DNA of 64,000 nt, from positions 64,001 through 128,000 of IMG/VR virus record IMGVR_UViG_3300013830_000002; one strand, written 5' to 3'. Of the stretch, positions 27,301-39,992 are shown piece by piece. The notes below the pieces were generated by a model. That model was not told the origin of the DNA. It made no database searches and saw only the letters and a list, made by a program, of their open reading frames with translations. A program made the position numbers and the translations under genes. The first letter of the stretch is position 1. Each line of letters starts with the position of its first letter. The stretch is from a virus (Duplodnaviria; Caudoviricetes).

Positions 27301-29359
27301 TATATTCTCTGGCATTTGAGAGTACTCCAGCAGCACCTGCAGCTAAGGCTACCTTGCCTAGCTTAGGAATATACTTTGTAACAGTCCGAATAATTTTAGT
27401 CCCACTCCCTAAAGCATCACCAACAATAGGAATTGCTCCTAAAAGACTTAATCCTGTATTTGCAGCAAAATTACCAAGAGCAGCTCCTGTGCTTACTCCG
27501 TCTTTTAAATCTGCATAAAGGTTTGCTCCACTACTGGCAAGTCCTAAACCAGTAGCTGAAATAGCCTCAGGGTCAACAAGTGCAGCAATATCGGCACCTA
27601 TAGCACCGAGTCTTGCATAATCAGCAGATGTCCATCCTACATTAAATGTATTATGTTCAGTATTTCCAAATGGCTTTCTGTTCTGAGGATTAGACTAAAA
27701 ATTCTTTACTGCTGTTTTTACAGAATTTGAATTGGCAGTAAATCCTGGATTAGCAACTTCAATTAATGAAGCATCCTTTAGATTGATTCCACCACCTTGC
27801 TGATACTCAATGGTTCCACCTTCTTTTTTAAGAACATATCCAGCATAATTTCCAGTACTAAAATCCTGCTGTGCTTCATTCTGCTTTCCTTTATTATAGA
27901 TAGCTTTGATTTTATCAAAGTATAAGTTTCTTCCTGTTACATCAGTATCATAAAGACTGATACGTCTTACATAACCTGTAACAGGATTGTATGCTGGGAC
28001 TGAACCAGTGTAAGGATTAAAGTAATTTGGAAGGTATTTCCAACCATTCCATTTTCCGCCAACCACAGTTTTTGCAGAAGGAGAAAGACTTATAAACTGT
28101 CCTAATTCTGTAGCTATAGAATGATAACCTTTATCGTTGTTTACTGATTGTGATAAATCTCCCTGCATTAATGCACTGTTATTACCATAAAATAAAGGGT
28201 ACATTCCATTAGAATTTATAGCCAGTTTATAACTTTCCAATAGCTTTGTTGGGTCACTGGTATCATAACTAATATAATGTCCTCTATTCTTCCAGCCTAA
28301 AGCCCTATTCCCTGAATAATGCTGAGCTTCATAAGTATGCCAGTTGTTATACATTTCCTGACCTAAATCAAGAAGGCCTTTTTTAAGAGCAGCAGCATCT
28401 CTTGCTGCTTGGGCTTCTTGAGCTTTTTTCTACTTTTCAAGCTCAGCTTGCTTGGCAGCCTCAGCTTTTTGCTCATCAGTCATTCCTTCTGTGCTGTCAG
28501 CAGCAGGCTAAGCAGTGGCAGGCTGAGCAGCAGGGGCAGCACCCCCTTCAGTGGGTTCAACATAGGTTTTGCCAGTAGTAAAAAGCCTGTTATAAATTGA
28601 TGGGTCCATTCCCAAATTATTCATCAATGCTCTTGCCTTTGGTCCTACTCCACCATTTGCCATTTCAGTCTGAAGTGCATGAAGTGCATCAATATAAGCC
28701 TCTCTTGTCTTGTATTTAGTATCAGAGAAATCAAGGTTATTGGGAATATCATTAATATACTAATTAATTGATTTACTGAAAAGATTGGCTCTGTTTACTG
28801 TAGAACGTCTCTTTGCTTTATCATTATAAGCATCATTTGCATACCAAGCATCATAGTCAGGTTCACCACCGGGAAAAAGATACTTGCTTGCAATAGTGTC
28901 GAGTCCGTTGGAATCAAAGTCAAATTTTGTCTTTGGTTTATTTGCTTCTTCTTGTTGATGTTTATAAAGACCTCCGGCAATGCTGTTTACAAAGTTGGCA
29001 ACATATCTGTTAGGATAGAATTTAAGCTGATATTTGTCTCCTTTCGGATGTTTTGCAAAGTATGCGTCAGCTACTTCCCTTGAGACAAAGTTGCCATGTC
29101 TATCCTCATAATCTGAAGGGCCATTATCAAGCTATCCAGCACTGTCTATCAGGCTATGGTCCTAATCTGTAGAAATTCTTCCTTCTCCAATAGCCTTTTC
29201 GTAATTTCCAAGAGCATCATAAAAAGCATTTGCTCTTACTTCATCCCAGTTATTATATTTGACAAAAGATTGGGCATTGTGTTTTAGATTCTTTAAGAGT
29301 AAATCCCTGTCAATGTCTGTGTCAATATACCTGTATGTATTTTTTGTAGTATCTGCCAT
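24383..29359 (-). CDS. Large putative cargo/ejection protein (~1658 aa) with a Gly/Ala hydrophobic membrane-like segment and low-complexity linkers (TAG=Gln)
   Basis: Fragments at 29162, 27695, 25640, 25274 and 24518 share a frame, with TAA at 24383. A hydrophobic stretch ...GLSLLGAIPIVGDALG...VALAAGAAGVL lies at ~27320-27620. Several [QK]xGG motifs are present. Confidence 0.75.
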
Positions 29360-29393
29360 AATTTTTAATTTGAATTACTTTACAAAAATGAAA

Positions 29394-29436
29394 AAGTGGG
29401 AATGTCTAATAGACATTTCCATTGACATTCCCACTT
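29394..29436 (-). terminator. Rho-independent terminator
   Basis: 13-bp stem AAGTGGGAATGTC/GACATTCCCACTT followed by a T run on the minus strand, just after the 29444 stop. Confidence 0.7.
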
Positions 29437-29443
29437 ATCATAA

Positions 29444-29740
29444 TTACGCTTTAATTCTACGAGAAAGCTTTCCACCCATCTTGAATACAGGTTCACCTTC
29501 TGCAGGGGTTTGCTCTGCAGGAGCTCCACCTTCTTCAGCAGGAGCCTGCTGCTGTTGGGCAGCTTCCTGTGCAGCTTGAACAAGGTTCTGGCATACTTGC
29601 AATGCAAGTTGGCCATCATTATTCTGAACTGCCTGTGCAGCCATCTGTACAAGTTGCTGCATTGGGTCTTGTGCTTGCTGTTCCTGTGTACCAGCCTCAG
29701 CAGGCATTTCGCCTCCTTCTTGTAAAAATTTTAACTTCAT
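29444..29740 (-). CDS. Small Gln/Ala/Glu-rich protein (98 aa), likely internal virion protein
   Basis: Clean ORF flanked by LQEGG (N-terminal) and FKMGG (C-terminal) motifs and followed by a terminator. Confidence 0.8.
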   Translation of the reverse strand: MKLKFLQEGGEMPAEAGTQEQQAQDPMQQLVQMAAQAVQNNDGQLALQVCQNLVQAAQEAAQQQQAPAEEGGAPAEQTPAEGEPVFKMGGKLSRRIKA

Positions 29741-29791
29741 TTCTGTTAAATAATTAAGTTGATAAATTGCAATTCATCTTAGTTAATAAAA

Positions 29792-30412
29792 TCAGGATTT
29801 CTTACCCTTATTTTTATCCTCAGGAAGTGACACATACTGAGGGTCTCTATGGTCTTGTGCATAAAGCTCCTTGAAAACAATCTTGCCTAAACGTTTGCAG
29901 TCACTTTCATAGAGCTCTTTATCGTTTCTGTGAGCAAAGGCTTTTTTAGCCCTGCTTATAAGTTTACGAGTTGAGATTCTGGAGAAAATTCTTTCACCTC
30001 CCTGTAGCATACCTTGTGCAGTACCATCAGGAGCGAGAATTTTCATCACATATTTATCCAAGTCAGTGTCTTCATCAAGTTCAAAATCGTCACCTTCCCT
30101 GATTCCTGAATCAGCACTAACTTCAAGTATATATTTGACATTAGGATAAGGAATAAGCTCTTCAGATTCTGGTTTAGGAGTATATACTTGACTAACCATA
30201 TCAAACTTATCAATTCCTATAATGTCAAGAGGAATTTTTGTGTTTTTCATCCACATTTCCGGTGTTTCATCAGTGTCAGAAAAATCAAACAGCATTCCTT
30301 CATCAGGAGCAAGATGCTCTCTTCCACTCAGGCCCTTATGCCTGTCTTCAGAGGATTTAGCAAACTCACACCTATAAGTTTTATCACCAATATTTACCAA
30401 AACTTTGTTCAT
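29792..30412 (-). CDS. DUF192-family protein with a C-terminal extension
   Basis: The motif GLSGREHL..DEGMLF...MWMKNTKIPLDII...YILEV is characteristic of DUF192. Confidence 0.8.
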   Translation of the reverse strand: MNKVLVNIGDKTYRCEFAKSSEDRHKGLSGREHLAPDEGMLFDFSDTDETPEMWMKNTKIPLDIIGIDKFDMVSQVYTPKPESEELIPYPNVKYILEVSADSGIREGDDFELDEDTDLDKYVMKILAPDGTAQGMLQGGERIFSRISTRKLISRAKKAFAHRNDKELYESDCKRLGKIVFKELYAQDHRDPQYVSLPEDKNKGKKS

Positions 30413-31556
30413 GTAGATTTCTTAAATAAGTAAATTTACCACCCTGTTTTGCAGAAGGACGAAGATAGCTTTGAATTCTGTCAGCAGTACCCGCAATGCT
30501 TGCATAATACTAATCAGGTGTTTGTGATGGATTATATTTATAATTTCCAATATAAAGGCTGTTCACAAAATCCTTTAAAGACCTTGCTGACATAATCGGC
30601 CATTTGTTAAGTGTTTTCAGATGAGCTTTTACAAAGTCATCAAGAGAGCCATAATACACTGTCTGCCCATTAACTTTATGGCCACCATAGTTGAATCCAT
30701 TTGCTTTTTCCCCATAGCCACTTTCCAATGCAGCTTGTTCTGTCATATATGATGCAATTCTATTATATGTGCTATCAGTATAATAGTTACCATATTCTGA
30801 CTTTAATCCTCGTTTGAATGCATTGAAAACAGTATTTGTCCACTGTGCTTTTTTATCTCCTGAATAGATTTTAGGATTATTACCAGTATTTCCAAGCCAT
30901 TGGTTCCATGTCAGAACAGCGTTTGAATCTGGTCCTATATGGAAATGCTTTCCAGTTGCTCCTGTTTGTCTCATGGTAGCAGGATTTGTCTCATCCAGAA
31001 CTCCAAGACTGTTATACTTGAAGAAATTTCTGACGTTATCATTAGACAGCATTGCCTGCTTGAGCTAGTCAAAAGTCTGCCCTTCCACTGGAACAATGTC
31101 CACTGCATTTCCATAAACATGATTGCTTCTCACTCCTGCTTTCCCTGCCTAACCAGGCTTACGTTTTCCAGAAGTAATTCTTGCCTGAATACCATTTTTA
31201 TCGAAAAGTTTCTGGATTTCAGAAGCAAGATTACCCCTGTTGTAACGGGTAATTGAAGCATTGTCAATCATGCCTTGCTCATCGTAGTCATTGAGGTCTT
31301 TCAAAAGCCAGTCAAGATTACCATAATCAGGTTCAGCCTCATATTCCTATTGCTGCTGTTCCTGCTCTTGGGCAAGAGCCTGTTCTTCTGCTTGTCTCTC
31401 TTTTTCAAGCCGTTCATTTTCTGCATCTTCAAAAGCCTGTAATCTGCTTTTTACACTGGGTGCTATTGTTGCTGTATTTTGCACAGCCGTTTCATCTTCT
31501 GGGTTACTTGGTGCCACACTCTTATATGATACAAATAAATCTGCCAGTGTTGCCAT
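30384..31556 (-). CDS. Virion-associated peptidoglycan hydrolase (~390 aa): M15-type Zn peptidase plus glucosaminidase/lysozyme-like domain (TAG=Gln)
   Basis: ITSGKR...SNHVYGNAVD...HFHIG matches the M15 H-D-H ligands, followed by QAALESGYG...NYGGHK. The frame joins 31347.. and 30510.. and ends in TGA at 30384. Confidence 0.75.
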
Positions 31557-31564
31557 TATTTTTG

Positions 31565-32071
31565 TTATTGTGGTAATTCTACAGGATGATAGCTTTGACC
31601 AGATATAGTAGAAGTAATTAATAAAGCTTTATTGAGGGCCTTAGCAAGTACTTCTGTTTGTTTGGTCAAAGTTACAACCTTCTGTTCTAATTGGACTACA
31701 TAGTCATACAGTTTATTGTCCTGAACACTTTCATCAGCTTTGTCCACTTTAGGTACTATGGCTTTTTGTACTGCAAGTTCTTCTTTCTGTTTATGTGAAA
31801 GTTGTTCATCTAAAAAAGCATAGGAGGATGCTTCAAACCCTGCATTGAGCTTGTAAACATTATCCCTTCCTCTTTTTTCAGTAACTATATATCCTAAATC
31901 AGAAAGCCTTTTTATACTTGTCAGTACTGTTACAGGAGAAGAACTTGTAAGCTTAGCCATTTTAGAGACTGAGACAGTTGATTCCCCTGTAACACTATTC
32001 TTATACCTGCTTAAACAAAGATAGACTAGTAAATCTCCAGGACTAATTGCTTTTACATTTTTACTAATCAT
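31565..32071 (-). CDS. Winged helix-turn-helix DNA-binding protein with a C-terminal coiled coil
   Basis: LLVYLCL...SVSKMAKLT..SPVTVLTSIKRLSDLGYI...RGRDNVY fits a wHTH pattern. It has its own upstream promoter-like motif. Confidence 0.7.
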   Translation of the reverse strand: MISKNVKAISPGDLLVYLCLSRYKNSVTGESTVSVSKMAKLTSSSPVTVLTSIKRLSDLGYIVTEKRGRDNVYKLNAGFEASSYAFLDEQLSHKQKEELAVQKAIVPKVDKADESVQDNKLYDYVVQLEQKVVTLTKQTEVLAKALNKALLITSTISGQSYHPVELPQ

Positions 32072-32109
32072 TGTTACAAAATTTTTAAATCATTACAGTT
32101 TTCTAAATA

Positions 32110-32142
32110 CAATAATAACGATTTTCAATATTTACCCCAAGG
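32110..32142 (-). promoter_or_regulatory. Conserved promoter-like motif, copy 1 (CCTTGGGGT-N10-AATCGNTATTATTG)
   Basis: Shared with 57641-57673 at identical spacing. Resembles the Bacteroidota TTTG-N19-21-TAnnTTTG promoter and is intergenic, upstream of the HTH gene. Confidence 0.65.
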
Positions 32143-32151
32143 AAAAATTGC

Positions 32152-33750
32152 TTATTTTTTATTCTCCTTAGGAGGAAGTACTGCAAGGCCATCACCATTA
32201 AGATAAAGGCCATTTCCATTTGAGTCCTTTCCGACAGGTTTTCTGCCCTATCTTTGGTCATCACTTATATCAGAAAGTATTAGTTCCTTTTCTTCATAGG
32301 TCTTGATAGTAAATCCCCCTCCGGGATTTTTGATCAAAGGCTTAAGTTGCCCTCCCTATTTAAGAGTATCTATCAGCCCTGCCCTGTCATCAGTATTAAG
32401 CATTATTTCCTTAGTAAGAAGCTTTCCTGCTTCAATGGCAAGCTCATCCTTCCTCTTTTGAGTAGTTTCTTCATTATAGAATTCGTGATAGAGTTCCTCA
32501 AGTTTAGTAGTAACTTCCTTAGTAAAAATTATTTCCTCTTTTTCAATTTCAGCCTGCTGATTATGCTCATCATCAACTACTGGAATACCTTTTTTAGTAA
32601 GGTCTTCAGCATCTTCCATGTGATGCTTGTTTTTATGTAAAGCACCCTCAGGAATCAAATTCTTCTGCTCAGTAGGCTCTGTTTCAGGAGCATCAAGCTT
32701 CCTTTCAATAGCTCCACCTTGCTTATGCTATTCAACAGGCTCGGTAATCAGTTCTGGAGACCAAGGTTCGATTGTTCCTGTATCAGGATTTATCTTTTCA
32801 TTAAGTAATCCACCTTCTTTATTTTCAGGAACTATTTTTTCAATATTCAGTATAAGGTCTGGTTTGAATTCAGGTTCAGGAAGCTGACCACCATTTTTTG
32901 CACGCATAAATCTTTGGTCGTAGCCTCCATTCATGCTATACAGATATGCCTGACTCATTTCATCACCCATATTATCTGCCAAAGCATGTTGGTCAGAAGA
33001 GGTCTTAGCAATATTAGCCATTAAATTCTGTTTTTGTCTGGTGTTGTTGATAAACCTATTCATTCTGTTCTTAGCCCCCTGGCTAAACAAGCCATAGCTT
33101 TTTCCTGACTCATTAACTGCCTTATTTATATCAGCAGCAGTACCTCCATAAGAGCCACCAACTTGCTCAAGGGTTTTAGTGTCAGCTGCAAAATCCTAAG
33201 TTTTCGATGCACCTATGTCATTAGCAAGTCCCACTGGAGTAAGTTTAAGAAGTTTACTGTCCATGATTTTGTCAGTCATTGTTTTCTAATCAGTCTTGAC
33301 TCCAAAAGCAGTAAGAGTGTCACTTGCAAATCCTGCACCTCTCATAATCATTCCAGCCAAAGGATTTATTTTATCAATAAGACCATTAGCCATATCATAA
33401 CCCTGATTAATGCCCTGTGTAGTATTACTTTGCTCATTAATGTTAGGGTTACTGGCAAGCAGAGATTCACCAATATTAAAAACTTCATTAGCACCCTAAA
33501 CATAAGAGCCAGTTATTCCAGCTTTACTAATCACTCCATCAAGGTCTGTTTTCTGCTAATCAGTAAGATTTACTGTATTTCCTAATTTATCCTTAAAATT
33601 AGTTCCATCCCAAGTCCATCCATGTGATGAGGCAAAATCATTATGTGCCTTATCAAGGAAATATTGTTGTGTTTTTGAAGGAGCAGAGCCCCCCTGTTGG
33701 CATTTTACTGCCACAGAGGAAACTCTTCTTCTAAGTTCATTGTTTATCAT
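32152..33750 (-). CDS. Putative virion cargo protein (~532 aa) with multiple [QK]xGG motifs (TAG=Gln)
   Basis: Fragments 33556, 32728 and 32356 share a frame, with TAA at 32152. ATGA overlap with the upstream gene. Confidence 0.75.
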
Positions 33751-36700
33751 GCGTAACTAAGTTGATATATTGTATTGATGAAATCTATGAGTGCCAAATC
33801 CTTACCAGTGTAACGGATTCTGACCTTAACGAATTTATCTCTGATGGGAACTTCTTCCCTATTGGCATTTGTGCCAGTACCTCCCCAACTATAACCATGA
33901 ATATCAACATCATCCAGCCAACTGTCTGTGTCAAAGTCATCAATGGTATATCCTATAGCCTGAAGGTCTTTTGGAATGTTATCATTAGTTACTGATGGAT
34001 TATCAGTAAATAATGGGATATTATTATCATCGTATGGCAGAGGGCTGTTTAGTACGGGAAGTTTAGGGAATTTTCCAATATCAGTTCCTGTTGAATCAGT
34101 ATGTTCAAGCCATGTTGAGTTGGACGGAACAAGTGAAGCAGCATTACCGGCAATATTATCAATCGGATTATACTCATTTTTATAACACACTACAATCGGG
34201 TTTATCACTACATGCCATCTGTCTTCAAGATATTTGCAGTTGCTGGCAATCAGGGCTCTTGCACCTTCCCAACCGTCATCGTCTTGCTTGTAACCATCAA
34301 AGTCATCAACAGAGACGGCTTTCTGATGAGTCCATACAGCATATTCATTCCTTGTTGGATAGTAAACAATTTCAGAGCCAGTTAAATGGTCATAATCTTT
34401 ATTAACCAAACCAACACACTGCTTATAGCTGTCATAGATTTCATTGAATGTGTCCTGTCTTGCATAATACTTATGTGGAAAATCTGCTGATACTTTATTC
34501 TGCTCTGGCTGAGTTTCAAGGAAGTTTCTGTTATAGATAATATCAGCACCATTGTACTGATAGAAATCTTTCATTGCCTCTTGTCGGAAATACATATTTT
34601 TCTTATCAGGGGCAAAGTCATAAACATCACCCATAACTTCAAAGTGGAATGAATCAGGTTTAACCTTATTGGATACTATTTGAAGATTGGTGAAAATCTT
34701 ATGCATTGACGGATTGTCAGCTACAACGAATTCAAACTCAAATGGATGTTGTTCTCCAAACCAGTAAGCAGGGTAGATTTTATCTGCAATATCCATAAGT
34801 CCTGCTTGACCATGTTTCCAGAAATCAGTAGAAAGGAATTGCATATTCCATCTTGTAATAACTGCTACTACAGATTCATAATATCCACAACTTACCCATC
34901 CTGAGCTGTCTTTTGCAATTTCAGAAGGAGTATTACTGTTTTGCTTGGCATAATTGTAAAAGTGCTCATCAAGAGTTTCATTATCTGTAGACAAATTCTT
35001 TGCATAGATTTCTGCCCTAATATTAAGCAACCTTACTATATGTTCAGGATTAACCATCTCACCAGCATCTCTGTTAAGCATTTCCCTCTTGCCATATCTA
35101 TCCTTAAAGATAGGGAGATTTTGTTCAATAATCTCCTGAATATTTGAATTGGTTCCCCCTAACTTACGTTCGATATAATCATAATGCTAAATTTGACCAT
35201 CAACAGTCATTTGCTTAGATGAAGTAATACGACTAAGCTCAGTATAGTAATTACTTCCTTTTTTAACTTTTATCCTGTTTTCAGTCCAATCAGCATAAGA
35301 ATGCTTAACTTTATTTCTGTAGTATAGTTCAGATTGTAAATCAATTGCTGAGACAGTATAAGTATTCTTAGTCAGTGTCTTAAGGATTTTGTTTCCTTTA
35401 CTATCCAGTATATAGTTTCCTTTATCATCTGTCTGGTATTCACTGATTGTTTCGACCCTTGTCTAAGGATTAAAATATAATCCATATACAGGAACTAAAA
35501 TGTTTCCTGTTTTATACCAGCCAGCTTCCTTGATTTCAAAGAACTTGTAATTCTGGAAATTATCTCTTTGAAGAGAGAAAATTGCCTTATAGACAATATT
35601 CTTTCCTTCAGGAAGATTAATCCCTGTTACTCCTAAAATTCCTATCAAGCCTTTTCTGGCATCAGTATTCATTTGCCAGTGAGGAACATTATCTTTAGCA
35701 TTTTCTTTAAGCTCTTTTTCAACAAATCTTCCATTAGAATCAAGCACATGTACCTTAATAGTTAATGCATTAGTTCCTTCAGTGTCATTTGTCCAATTAT
35801 TTTCGACAATATTATTTGTCAGGGTTATACCATCAGCAAATGAATTATCAGCATGACTTATTCCTAATTTTGCTATCCATTTAGCAGTATTCCTGTTAAA
35901 CGAGAAAGGAATATTGTTTATATTTTCCATTACAGAGGGAACCCAACTGTAGAAGGTTACAAACATTTGCTAAAGCTCATTCCAACAGAGATTCCATACT
36001 TTTTCCTCAAATCCTTGAAGATTGTCATAGAAGGTAAAAAGTACATCACGTTTAAAGGAATTATAGAAGGTCTTCACATTCCTAATACCTATAACAGGAG
36101 TGTTTTCCCGTTCACCAAGAGTAATATTATTATTAAGAAATTCCTGAACTCTCATATCAGAAATTGTCTCTACAGAAGTGCCATTACACCTCCATATTCT
36201 TTTGGCTACAGTATCAACTCCATATACAAAGTTAATTCCATCACCAAAATTGCCAGGAGTCTTGATAATACTGTCTTTCCATTGAGAACCTATTACATCA
36301 GAAAGCATTACTGGCTATGAAAGTACTTTATAAGGAGCAATTTGCTCATGACCTGCCTAAAGATTTTTTGCAACTGCAGTAGGGTCAACTTTAATCAACC
36401 CAATACCGTGCTCAAACACAACAATCAGGTCCCCTTTATATTCAACAAGTTTTGTTATTTCTCCATAAGTTCTTGGACAATCAATAAAACTGGTGCCCTT
36501 AAATACCCTGAACCCGTTTTTATAGGCATCATTTATATGTATGTCAGAATACAGGATTCTTGTACCAAACCAATTTTTAATATAAGGTACATCTGGAACA
36601 GCAAAATTATATCTTTCACTGACAGACTTTTTGAATCCAGTATTTTGAATCTCTGTTTCAGGAGTTTTAAAGCATCCTTCAGTACTCATTGGAAGCACAG

Positions 36701-39700
36701 GATAGTAACCTCTTCCATGTCCACACATTAGTTTCTCATCTGTAAATGAATCATCAACAGACCTGATATTAAGATTATAAGTACTTCTTATTTTAAATGT
36801 AACCCACATTCCAAGTCTTACAGCATTAACATCACCAAGGTTAATCTCATTGAGCTTATCAGCCTCGTCTGGGTCATAGTTTTCTTTCCATGTTTCCTTG
36901 TCAACTATTTTGTCATTATATGGAGCAGACGGGTCATTAAAATTTCTATTTATTCTATGAGTAACCTGACAAATGTAACAATCACCTCGGTACAACTCCC
37001 ATGAATAGCCACCAGTTCTGTCTTCAGCTCCCTTAATTCGTGCCAATGGATTAATAAGATTCTCATCAATGTCAGACATTGCAAATCTATCAGAAATTGC
37101 AAAGAAACTTGAGTTATCATCCATTCTAATAGATATATACTCCTCAGTATTACTGTCTGAGTATCCAGGAATCATTATATTAACAGTATCACAGGGTCTT
37201 TGGGGGTAGCCGACCATAGCAACATAAGGACCAAAACTTCCTCTGATTATATCAGAGTTTATTTTCTTGTCATCATCCTTATACTCCTCACCTACCTGCT
37301 CATAACGAAATGCCTCTTCTGCATTACCTGCCCTGCTTCTGAAAGTATTTTCATCGATTCCAACCATAGGGCTATCATCAGGAACACCTTGTATCCTGAC
37401 TGTATATTCACTTTGTTTATCAGTATCATAATACGATGGAATAAAGAAGTGATTTTCATTATTACTGAAGAAGTCAGATGAATACCCTTTTAATCTATTT
37501 GTTGACTATGATTTTGCTGTAATTAAAGTATGCTCATTACCTGTAAAAATCTGATTATAAAAGGCCTGATTAACTTCATACTCAGGACATATCAATGCAG
37601 ATACAGAATTCTTGACAGGGTCTTTAATTATAATCCTGTCTCTGAAATCCTCACTTATTTGTCTTGATTGCTCATTTTCTGAGCGTTTATAATTAGACGG
37701 AATATGAGTATTTCTTCCTTCAAGTTTTTTCTTTGCAAGTGTTCTTCCAACTGCAACACTACCTTCAATGAGGCCACCAGTAACAGCTCCTGTAACAGCA
37801 ACCCCTGCAATAGCAATCCCCCCTACAATGGCGGTAGTAGTAGCTGCAGATGTAACGGCAGCAGCTGTCACCAATCCAGCACCAACAGCAGCAGTACCAG
37901 CAGTAACTACTGTAGCAGCAGCAACAACTGCAACCACAGCAACCCCAAGTACCACTTTTCCAAGTTTACTCCAAAAACCAGTTCCTTTTGGTTTTAGAGT
38001 AAACGAATATCTTGACAAAAATCCTTCACTTATATAATTGACACCGTTAATGTCATCAACCTGAACATAAGTACTTCCATCAAGATTATCTGCCATTTCA
38101 GTAAGAAATCCTCCCTATGTAGGAATGGTAGGAGTGTGTGCAACATTATCAATTCCAATTGTGATTCCCTGGCAAAGAGTTGTAGGTATTCTTTCTTGTC
38201 TTACAAAGAAGTATCCTTTTACATATTTCTTAAGTTCCTGAACAGTGTCATCATCAACTCTTATATCAAGGGCATAAATTTTGTCAGTGTCATATTCAGG
38301 AGCCAAGGAGATTACTCCCTTTGCATTCTCATAGTAGCTTCCATCAATTGCACTGATGCCTTCATCATTTGTATTTGTTTGCTCAGGAGCTAAAGTATAG
38401 AATGTTTTCTCGTTTATATTTATTTTCACTCTTTGTACTACACCATCCTTAGTTTGATATACTTTGTAATGGTTGTACTGACCATCATTAAACAGTTGTC
38501 CATTTTTGTAAAGAGGATTATTACCTTCAGATAAAAATTTACTGTCTTTGTTAAAGGGTTTTACATTAGCCCTGCCTCTGATATTAAATACAGGGGACAG
38601 CTCATTGTTCGGGAGAATATAGACAATTCCAAGCCTATAAAACTCACGATTCCAGTAACCTACTTTACTGTATATGAATTTAGGGTCATAATAGCCCCTG
38701 TTATTTGAGCTGATAACATAGTTCTCATTCATATCAACTCCATAGGTTACTTCTTTTACATAAGGCAGGAATCTCAATGACAAATCAGTAAGCTCCTCAT
38801 AAGGAATTTCTGGTCGGTGGATATTGCCCATCATCAACATATTCTGACATGAAGCAGTAGTTTCTACTGCACTGGCCACATTATATTGAAGATTAATATC
38901 TGCAGCAGAAACATCTACAGTATTCTCAAAACCAGTAATTAGAATATTGCACTGATTTGCATTATTAACAGTAAAATTCTTATCAATTTTGCAATACTGT
39001 GTAAATGCCTGAGTGTTCATCCTGCTTTGTCCTTGTGCAGTACTTCTTGAATAGTATACATGAACATAGTTATAGGAGGCATCAATATTGGTCATAAAGA
39101 ACCTTACCGCCTTGACACTGTTTTCATCCTGCATACCAGTGCTTATTGCGGAAGGAATATCATATCCCTTAAATACACTTACCAAACCAGATTCTGCCAC
39201 AAAGTCTGTCTCATTTCCGTCAGCATCTGCAAACTTAAAATAAAAATGATAGTTTCCTATCTTTAAATTTCCTCCTGCCTAAACTCCAGAGAACTCAAGT
39301 TTAGGAATCTTTGTAGTACGTTTATATAAAGAAGTGTCTATATCGAACTGCTCCCCTTGGTCATAAATATTAGTATCATTATCCCCTTTTCTGTCAACAA
39401 TTTCATAAGTATCCTTTCCAGTAGTGCTAAACCTGGTATTAATAAGTCTTGGGATATTAATTCCATCATTCAAAATGAGGTTCACTGACCCATCATAACT
39501 TGGCTGAGGGGTAATTTGTACAGGATGATTTACTGAAAAATTAAGTTCATCGGTAATAAAATCAACCAGCTCTCCTTTTTCATGAAGAATTGGATTTGTA
39601 ACATCTGAAGGAACTCCTGTAAATTCATATTTTCCTCCATTACTTAATGCTTCATTAAAACTGTTTTTGCTTACTTCATGATTTTGCTCAAAACAGTAGA

Positions 39701-39992
39701 TAAGTTCATCTTCTATAGAAGAGACTGGTTCATAACCATTTATCTAAGTAGCTGAATAATATCTTGCTCCAGCACTGTTTTTTACAAATAAGGCTGTCGA
39801 AATGAGAATATGGAATTTCTTATATAGGTCATAGACATTATAATAAGAGCCTTGATATTCAAATTCAGGGGAAGACAACCTATAATTTCTAAGTGGATTA
39901 TACTCCCATGCCATCTTTCCTTTAGTAGGAAGAGTCTTCAACATAACCCCAAAATTAATGCTGTTTGAGAGTACAGGTTTCCATGCTGCCAT
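33747..39992 (-). CDS. Tail muzzle/stabilisation-like protein, about 2081 aa (TAG=Gln)
   Basis: Eight fragments share a frame and end in TGA at 33747. The protein is beta-rich with YGVDTVAKRIWR, LFTFYD..WNLCWNE and TFYSWVP motifs, as in crAss stabilisation/muzzle proteins. TAATG coupling to the upstream gene. Confidence 0.7.
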
